From contig CAVUIO010000012.1 in the NCBI GenBank assembly GCA_963741635.1, positions 195,514 through 259,513 of the forward strand: a stretch of 64,000 nucleotides of DNA, given 5' to 3'. Position numbers and translations under genes: made by a program. The notes beneath the pieces are model-generated. The model ran no database searches. It saw nothing but the letters and a program-made list of their open reading frames with translations, and had not been told where the DNA came from. Each line of letters starts with the position of its first letter. Positions within the stretch are counted from its first letter, which is position 1. The stretch is from an uncultured Chloroflexia bacterium (GTDB lineage: Bacteria > Chloroflexota > Anaerolineae > Anaerolineales > Villigracilaceae). Shown piece by piece: positions 57,769 through 64,000 of the stretch.

Positions 57769-60268
57769 ATGGATTACGCTCGAATCGCCGTAACTGTTGC
57801 TACCTTGATTGGAGAATTTGATTACCAAATTCCCCCCGGTTTGGAGGGGAAAATCAGTTCGGGTCAATTGGTTACTGCCCCATTTGGAAAACAGGTTGTC
57901 CAGGGAATCGTGCTGGAATTAGTCAGCCAGCCAGCCGTGGCAGAGACAAAATCGGTTGTGGATTTGCTTGACCCGCTGCCTGTCCTCACCAGGTCCCAGG
58001 TTTCCCTCGCAAAATGGTTGTCCATTGAGACCCTTTCCCCCCTGGCGGCGTGCATTGGATTGATGTTGCCTTCGGGGTTAAATCAGCAGGCCGACACGGT
58101 TTTTGAAATCAGGGATTCGGAATTCGCAAATCGCAGCTCAGCGGGTAATATCAGTTCTCAAATATCGAGTACCGGATTACGGCTGGTTAAGTTACTCACC
58201 CAGCACGGGCCCATGCGTGGTCGCCAGGTTGATCGACATTTCAGGAACGTGGATTGGCGCAGGGCCGCTCAATCCCTTGTGAAAATTGGTCTGCTTACAA
58301 AGCACTCCATTCTGCCACCCCCTTCGGTTCGCCCAAAATATGTCCGTACCGCTCAGCTCTCGGTGTCTCCCAACATTGCAGAAGCAGCCATGCCCGATCT
58401 CGGAAAAACCCCCGCTACTCTTTCTCGCCGCCAGGCTGCATTGCGTTTCCTGATCCAGGAACTGGCGGATGTGAACGTTTCCTGGGTATATGCAGAATCG
58501 GGCTGCAGTTTGGCTGACCTTCAGGAATTGGCGGATCGCGAGTTAATCGTTTTAAGGGAGACAGAAATTTGGCGTGATCCATTGGAGAAGGTGGAAAGCT
58601 CGGCGGGAGAAGCCGGGTCTCCACCAGAATTAACCTCCTGGCAGTCCTCTGCCTGGGAAAAAATCCTTCAGGTCTTCCGCAACTCATCCCCTTCCTTCCC
58701 ATATCTGCTTTACGGGGTCACTGGCTCCGGGAAGACTGAGATTTATCTCCGCGCTGCCCAGGAATGCATCAGCCGGGGAAAGGAAGCGATTATCCTTGTC
58801 CCGGAGATCGCCATCACCCCTCAAACAGTCCGCCGGTTTTTGGCACGCTTCCCCGGGCAGGTCGGGTTGGTTCATTCGAAGTTGTCCGATGGGGAACGCT
58901 ATGACACCTGGCGGCGTGCTCGTCTGGGACAGTTGAAAGTTATCATCGGTCCGCGCTCGGCTCTTTTTACCCCGCTGCCCCATCTCGGTCTTATTGCGGT
59001 GGACGAGTGCCATGATGGTTCCTATTCGCAAACCGAACCGCCATTTTATAACGCTGTCACTGCTGCACAGGAATATGCACGCATGACCTCCGCGGTTTGC
59101 ATCCTTGGTTCAGCCACACCCACCATCGTTCAACGCTATTATTCCAATTCATCCCAAGTGCCTAACCAGGGGGAAAATCTCCTGCTAACCTTACCCGAGC
59201 GCATCGTGAATCCAAATATGCCGGCAGTCCAGGTGGTGGATATGCGCGCCGAACTCAAGTCTGGCAACCGTGGGATTTTTAGTCAGGAGTTGATCGACGC
59301 TCTCGATAAGAGTCCTTAAAAATGACCAGCAGGCAATTCTTTTTTTGAACCGCCGCGGGACCGCCACCTATGTCTTCTGTCGGGATTGCGGATCACCGTT
59401 GTGCTGTCCGCGCTGTGATACACCCCTCACCTATCACATCAGCGACCTTCCTGCCTCAGGTGGGCATTCCCCCGCTGATTTGCATTGTCACCACTGCGGC
59501 TACATACGCCAGATGCCGCTCAAATGCCCGGTTTGTGGCAGCGACCAGATCCGCCAGTATGGGCTGGGCAGCGAAAAAGTGGAAGCCGAAGTGACCAGCC
59601 TGTTTCCATCAGCCCGCACTTTGCGTTGGGATTGGGAGACCACCCGTCATAAAGATGCCCATGAAATCATTTTGGGACATTTCAGTGCGCACCGGGCGGA
59701 TGTTCTCATCGGCACTCAAATGCTTGCCAAGGGGCTGGACCTTCCCTTGGTTACATTGGTTGGGATCGTGCTCGCCGACGTAGGTCTCAATCTTCCCGAT
59801 CCTTTCGCAGCAGAGCGCACCTTCGATGTGTTGACCCAGGTTTCAGGCCGTGCTGGTCGTTCCACGCTGGGTGGGCGGGTGGTACTGCAAACCTTCATGC
59901 CCGATCATTATGTCATCCAGGCTGCCGCAGGGCACGATTACAATGCTTTCTACACCCGCGAATTGGAATACCGCAGGAAATTGGGGTACCCGCCGTTCAG
60001 TCGTCTTGTGAGAATGGAATTCCGGCACGTTCAGGCAGCCGCAGCAGAATCACAAGCCCGGGATATGGCTGCCAAACTAATAAGCTGGATCGAGAAGGAG
60101 GATCGCCGGGAGACCACGATCATCGGGCCCGTTCCTTGCTTCTTCTCGCGCTTGAACGGTCTTTTCCGCTGGCAGATCATTTTGCGCGGACCCAACCCGG
60201 CCAGTCTGCTGCGTGGGAAAAACCTCGCTGATTGGCGGGTGGAAGTGGACCCATCCTCCCTTTTATAA
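57769..60268 (+). CDS. priA: Primosomal protein N-prime (replication restart helicase PriA), one frameshift near 59325
   Basis: Walker A LLYGVTGSGKTE and the DEAH-like box VDECHD lie in ORF 57769-59319. The Zn-binding region CRDCG..CPRCD..CHHCG..CPVCG and the helicase C domain lie in ORF 59345-60268. Confidence 0.93.
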
Positions 60269-60294
60269 ATAGTAGGAAGTTTGGAGAATCTTAT

Positions 60295-60937
60295 ATGGAT
60301 AAACCTTTAATCCCCCAAAACCTGATGGATTATATCGATAGTCTTGTACCTTCCCGCACTCCCAGAAATGCAAGCTATGGAAACTGAAGCAGAATGGACT
60401 GATTTTCCCATCATCGGTCCAGCCTCCGGCTTTTTATGTTACCAGGTTGCCCGCATGCTCTCAGCAAAGAGAATTTTTGAACTCGGTTCGGGTTTCGGCT
60501 ATTCCACAGCCTGGTTTGCCCGGGCTGTAACCGAGAACGGCGGCGGAGAGGTCCATCACGTAGTCTGGGATGAAAACCTTTCTCGCCAGGCGCGCACCCA
60601 TCTTTCTGCCCTCGGATATGACGGCATGATTCACTATCATGTGGGTGAGGCGGTCCAAACCCTGCGAGACACTTCCGGTCTTTTCGACTTGATTTTCAAC
60701 GACATTGAAAAGGAAGACTACCCCAATTCTCTGCCCGTCATAGCCGAGAAACTCCGCCCGGGTGGAGTGCTGATCGTGGACAATATGCTCTGGCACGGGC
60801 GAATTTTCAACTCAAAGGATCACTCTCCCGCCACCAATGGCATCCGCACCCTGACCGGGTTGCTGACCCAAAATCCCGGCTGGATCACCACACTCATACC
60901 CATCCGTGACGGAGTGATGTTGGCGTACAAAGTATAA
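60295..60937 (+). CDS. Class I SAM-dependent O-methyltransferase (caffeoyl-CoA OMT-like), one frameshift near 60355
   Basis: MDKPLIPQNLMDYIDSLVPSRTP is followed, after a frame change, by EMQAMETEAE... (ORF 60344-60937). The SAM motif is IFELGSGFGYST, with DLIFNDIEKEDY and GGVLIVDNMLWHG also present. Confidence 0.8.
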
Positions 60938-60978
60938 TTTCAGTCGTCTGATTAATCCACTGAATCTGGAGGTGGTTC

Positions 60979-61872
60979 ATGCAAAGTTTCAGCCGCGGTT
61001 GGTCGTTCCTAAAGGAAGCCTGGTCGATGGCCTTCAAGGACCGGGATTTGATCAAACCTTCCATCATGGCCCTGTTTGCCGGGTTGATCGTTTCGATCAT
61101 CTTTATCCCTCTGATGATCGGGGCTGGTTTCCTGAGCGGGGGGAACAACGGCTTGTTTGGACGGGTCATCCTTTTCATATTGGGTGCCGTGATGATTTTC
61201 ATCCAGTATTCGGTCGGTTACATTTTTTCAGCCATGACCATCTACCTCGTCTACGGGTATCTCGCCGAAGGAGATGGCGTGATGTCCAAGGCCTGGGCGA
61301 TTGTAAAACGCGAATGGTTGAACATCCTCAGTCTGGCAGCTGCTTCCACTGCCGTTAATCTGGTGAAGAACCAGGTCAGGGGCAAAGGCAGGTCGGTTGG
61401 TCGCAACTTGGTTTCCGGTTTGATCGACACGGTTTGGACCGAGGCTGCCTTCCTCATCCTGCCAGCCATGGTCATCGAAGATATCAACCTGAAGGATGCC
61501 CTCAAACGCGCCGGGAACATCATCAAGAATAATCTCCTGCTGGTGGGTATCAGTACGGTCGGAGTGAGAACTGTCAATGGGATCATTGGCTTCCTCCTGG
61601 GAGTGCTCGGCATCGGTCTGGGCTTCGGTGTCGGGTTTGGCATCCTTACGGTCACCAATACTTCCACTTTTGGTCTGGTATCCGGCATCGGTCTTGGAGT
61701 GATTATTGCCGCCGTCTTCATCATGGTTGCCACGGTCGTCACTTCTTACACCTCCACCGCTTATCACACCTGTCTGTATCTTTGGGCGCGCGATGTGGAA
61801 AAAGCCCAGGCGGCTGGCAGCACTGCCTCTGTCCTCGCACCGGGTCCGTTGGCTGCCGTATTGAATAAATAG
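60979..61872 (+). CDS. Polytopic membrane protein of unknown function (DUF6159-like)
   Basis: An intact 297-aa ORF with six or more hydrophobic segments and a GGAGG SD. Confidence 0.65.
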   Translation: MQSFSRGWSFLKEAWSMAFKDRDLIKPSIMALFAGLIVSIIFIPLMIGAGFLSGGNNGLFGRVILFILGAVMIFIQYSVGYIFSAMTIYLVYGYLAEGDGVMSKAWAIVKREWLNILSLAAASTAVNLVKNQVRGKGRSVGRNLVSGLIDTVWTEAAFLILPAMVIEDINLKDALKRAGNIIKNNLLLVGISTVGVRTVNGIIGFLLGVLGIGLGFGVGFGILTVTNTSTFGLVSGIGLGVIIAAVFIMVATVVTSYTSTAYHTCLYLWARDVEKAQAAGSTASVLAPGPLAAVLNK

Positions 61873-61890
61873 CAATTTTTCCTGGTAAAC

Positions 61891-61927
61891 AAAAAACGGG
61901 CGACCGAAATCGAGCCGCCCGTTTTTT
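61891..61927. terminator. Bidirectional terminator between the membrane-protein gene and nrfA
   Basis: AAAAAACGGGCG-13 nt-CGCCCGTTTTTT. Confidence 0.75.
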
Positions 61928-61935
61928 GTTTATGC

Positions 61936-63276
61936 TTATGGTGCGGGGGTTGGTGCCGGGCTGAGACTGTAATACACACCCGCTGTTAGCAGGGATGGGT
62001 CGCCCGCCGCCTGGGCAGCCTTCATCTGTGCTTGGCGCGCCAGGTCGGTTGCATTCCGCAGGATGCGCAGGGCTTCATCAGGGTTGTGAAAACCCATGCT
62101 GTTCGCCGAAGATATAAAATCCCACATGTACTGGGCGGTCCTGTGAAGGTTCCTTGCCTGGTCCAGGAGAGCCGGGTCGGATGTCGGGTTGGTGACCGCA
62201 CCCTTGATGGCAGTGATCGCATCGATCAGTGCATCCTCGGTGCTGATTTTTGCTGCGTGTACCGTATCCTGGATCACGCTGACGCGTGCCAGTACCACCT
62301 CCACATCCGTGTGGCATTGACCACATGCCAGCTGCGGGTCCAACAGCGGGCTCATGATGTCGTGGCTGGAATATTTCATCGCACCCTCGCGCAGGTAAGG
62401 CATGTGACAGTCTGCGCAAGCCACACCCGCCCGATAATGGGTGCTATCGGCAGTGAATAGTTCGTAATCCGGGTGGCGCGCCTTCATGATGGGCGTATTC
62501 GTCCCCGGGTAGGTCCAGTCCGCAAAGTTCACATCATCTTCGGATTGGATGATGTTTTCCACCCTCGTCCCGTTGTTCCAGGGCACCGTTAATACTTTAC
62601 TATCCCCTGCGAAGTAATATGTAACATGGCAGTTGGCGCACACTGCCGAACGCATCTGTTGGCGTGTGAAGGTGCGCCAGTCCACACCCTCTGATTGGAA
62701 TGCAGCCTCAACTGCCGGGTTGGTGATAACCAGTCTCATCGTCCCGGCTTCGTGGCAGTTGGCGCAGCCGATCGGGTTGTTGATATTGGGTGTCATATTC
62801 GCAAACAGTTGTGCATCGTAGGCTTCCATTCCCATCTGCGCCCACAGCCCGGGGTTGTCGGACGACTTGCAGGAATAGCAGGTGGCGTGCGTGCTGGCGG
62901 TCACCCGCTTTGTGGCGCGTACGTCGATCAGGGTATTTTGATGACCGCGCGGTTGGTTATATTCCACGCTGAATGGGTAGCCCATGAACAGGAGCACAAG
63001 GCGCGGATCCTCGAGCAGGTATGATTTTTGTGCCGAGCCGCCGTAGGTTGTGGCTGTGTTGTTATTTGCCGTGAGGAGCATGGATGAGTATTCGTTCGGG
63101 TAGTTTATTCCCCACAGGGAAGAATCCGCCTCCAGCGGCTGTATCGTACTGATCGGCTGGATCACGGCTCTCTCCTGTGCCGGTTGGTTCTTCATGAATA
63201 TTAACACCCCGGAAAGTGCAACTGCCAGCAGGATGATTATTCCGATCAGGATGATATTGGCAGGTATTTTTTTCAT
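61936..63276 (-). CDS. nrfA: Pentahaem cytochrome c nitrite reductase (ammonia-forming) NrfA, membrane-anchored
   Basis: There are five haem motifs: CYSCK (the lysine-ligated active-site haem), CANCH, CANCH, CADCH and CGQCH. The N-terminal hydrophobic anchor is IILIGIIILLAVALSGVLIF. The ORF is intact at 446 aa. Confidence 0.93.
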   Translation of the reverse strand: MKKIPANIILIGIIILLAVALSGVLIFMKNQPAQERAVIQPISTIQPLEADSSLWGINYPNEYSSMLLTANNNTATTYGGSAQKSYLLEDPRLVLLFMGYPFSVEYNQPRGHQNTLIDVRATKRVTASTHATCYSCKSSDNPGLWAQMGMEAYDAQLFANMTPNINNPIGCANCHEAGTMRLVITNPAVEAAFQSEGVDWRTFTRQQMRSAVCANCHVTYYFAGDSKVLTVPWNNGTRVENIIQSEDDVNFADWTYPGTNTPIMKARHPDYELFTADSTHYRAGVACADCHMPYLREGAMKYSSHDIMSPLLDPQLACGQCHTDVEVVLARVSVIQDTVHAAKISTEDALIDAITAIKGAVTNPTSDPALLDQARNLHRTAQYMWDFISSANSMGFHNPDEALRILRNATDLARQAQMKAAQAAGDPSLLTAGVYYSLSPAPTPAP

Positions 63277-63761
63277 TTGTCATACACCTCCGAGTCTTGG
63301 TAAGGAGCAAGCGACAGTCCGCGTTGACCATGGGCTGTGGCGCGATGACAATCCCAGCAAGGTCGGTCAAGCGGTTGTGGATCGGCGAGGATGTTCTCGA
63401 CGGTATCCACATGACATCGGATGCAATTTGCCTGGACGATTTCGTCTGTTTGCTGTGTAGCACGGATGGCTGCCGGGTAGATCTTTAAAGTAAATGAAAC
63501 CACATCCCGCATCCCGGAATATCCCTTGTACAAGTAATAGCTGGCAATGTTTTGGTGGGGAAGGTGACAATCTGTGCAGGCGGTAAAGGTGACATGTGCC
63601 GAATGGAACCAGCCCTCGTACTGGGCATCCATGACGTGGCAATTATTGCATGTGGAGGGTTCGTGTGCAAGGTAGGAAGGTGCGTTTGTCGCCCAGCCAA
63701 AAACTCCGAAGGTGAGTATGAGCGCAGTGATCCCGGTTGTGAGAGCCCATCTTGTTTGCAT
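63273..63761 (-). CDS. nrfH: Tetrahaem NapC/NirT-family quinol dehydrogenase NrfH
   Basis: An N-terminal TM segment is followed by four CxxCH motifs (CNNCH, CTDCH, CIRCH, CWDCH). The stop overlaps the nrfA start (ATGA). Confidence 0.9.
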   Translation of the reverse strand: MQTRWALTTGITALILTFGVFGWATNAPSYLAHEPSTCNNCHVMDAQYEGWFHSAHVTFTACTDCHLPHQNIASYYLYKGYSGMRDVVSFTLKIYPAAIRATQQTDEIVQANCIRCHVDTVENILADPQPLDRPCWDCHRATAHGQRGLSLAPYQDSEVYDK

Positions 63762-63848
63762 GGTTACCTGTTATATATACTTTACTGATAATCTTTGAAT
63801 TTTTCAAGCTCCCAGGTTTACATGTTAGGGTATTCAATTTCTTAGCGA

Positions 63849-64000
63849 TTATATTACCGTGAGTGTCGACCCTGTCTCCGTTTTCTCTACCTCGATTCTC
63901 GTTGGAAATGCATCCTTCAACTCGTCCAGGTGCGTGATGACCAGGATTTTGGCGAAATCGTTCCGAACGGCGTTGATGGATTGGATCAATCTCTGGCGTC
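63849..64000 (-). CDS. C-terminal end of an SMC/Rad50/SbcC-like ATPase (partial, continues beyond window end)
   Basis: The reverse strand reads ..RQRLIQSINAVRNDFAKILVITHLDELKDAFPTRIEVEKTETGSTLTVI-stop. This is the D-loop/H-loop region (..ITH..) typical of SbcC/Rad50-type ABC ATPases. Confidence 0.55.
   Translation of the reverse strand, partial: RQRLIQSINAVRNDFAKILVITHLDELKDAFPTRIEVEKTETGSTLTVI

Overview
This 64-kb window is a chromosomal segment of a bacterium that reads like a Chloroflexota (Anaerolineae-like) organism. That placement is an inference from the 16S and protein sequences; no search was run. The content is almost entirely core housekeeping. In order it holds: the gyrA start, a stand-alone rpoC, leuS behind a Leu T-box, two tandem tRNA-Ala, a CvnD-like GTPase/DUF4388 pair, a SelW/Rdx-type selenoprotein with an in-frame UGA, trpS, dtd, and pyruvate:ferredoxin oxidoreductase with a DHOD-like gene. 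Then come infA, rpsU, one complete rRNA operon on the minus strand (16S-tRNAIle-tRNAAla-23S-5S), recR-ybaB-dnaX, prmA, the CIRCE-controlled hrcA-grpE-dnaK-dnaJ operon, galE, tRNA-Pro and rnhB. The last third holds rubrerythrin, RNase P RNA, tmRNA, a second dnaK, sbcD, greA, lysS, two ECF sigma/anti-sigma pairs, priA and an nrfHA nitrite reductase operon. I saw no CRISPR array, transposase, integrase, prophage or recognisable defence island. The dominant anomaly is that about 25 genes, including essential single-copy ones (rpoC, infA, rpsU, dnaX, lysS, priA), are interrupted by frameshifts, while other stretches of 6-8 kb are clean. The best explanation is uncorrected indel errors in the assembly, not biology. 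I did not find convincing evidence of a wholly new multi-gene system. The items most worth a second look are: the UGA-containing SelW-like gene with a SECIS-like hairpin; a Shine-Dalgarno-led small ORF between the leuS T-box terminator and leuS; the minimal conservon-like DUF4388-DUF742/GTPase pair; an AT-rich single-gene island encoding a large polytopic membrane protein; terminator-like leader hairpins upstream of rpoC and greA; and the membrane-anchored CxxCK NrfA with no adjacent haem lyase. All coordinates of RNA ends, promoters and frameshift sites are hand-derived approximations.
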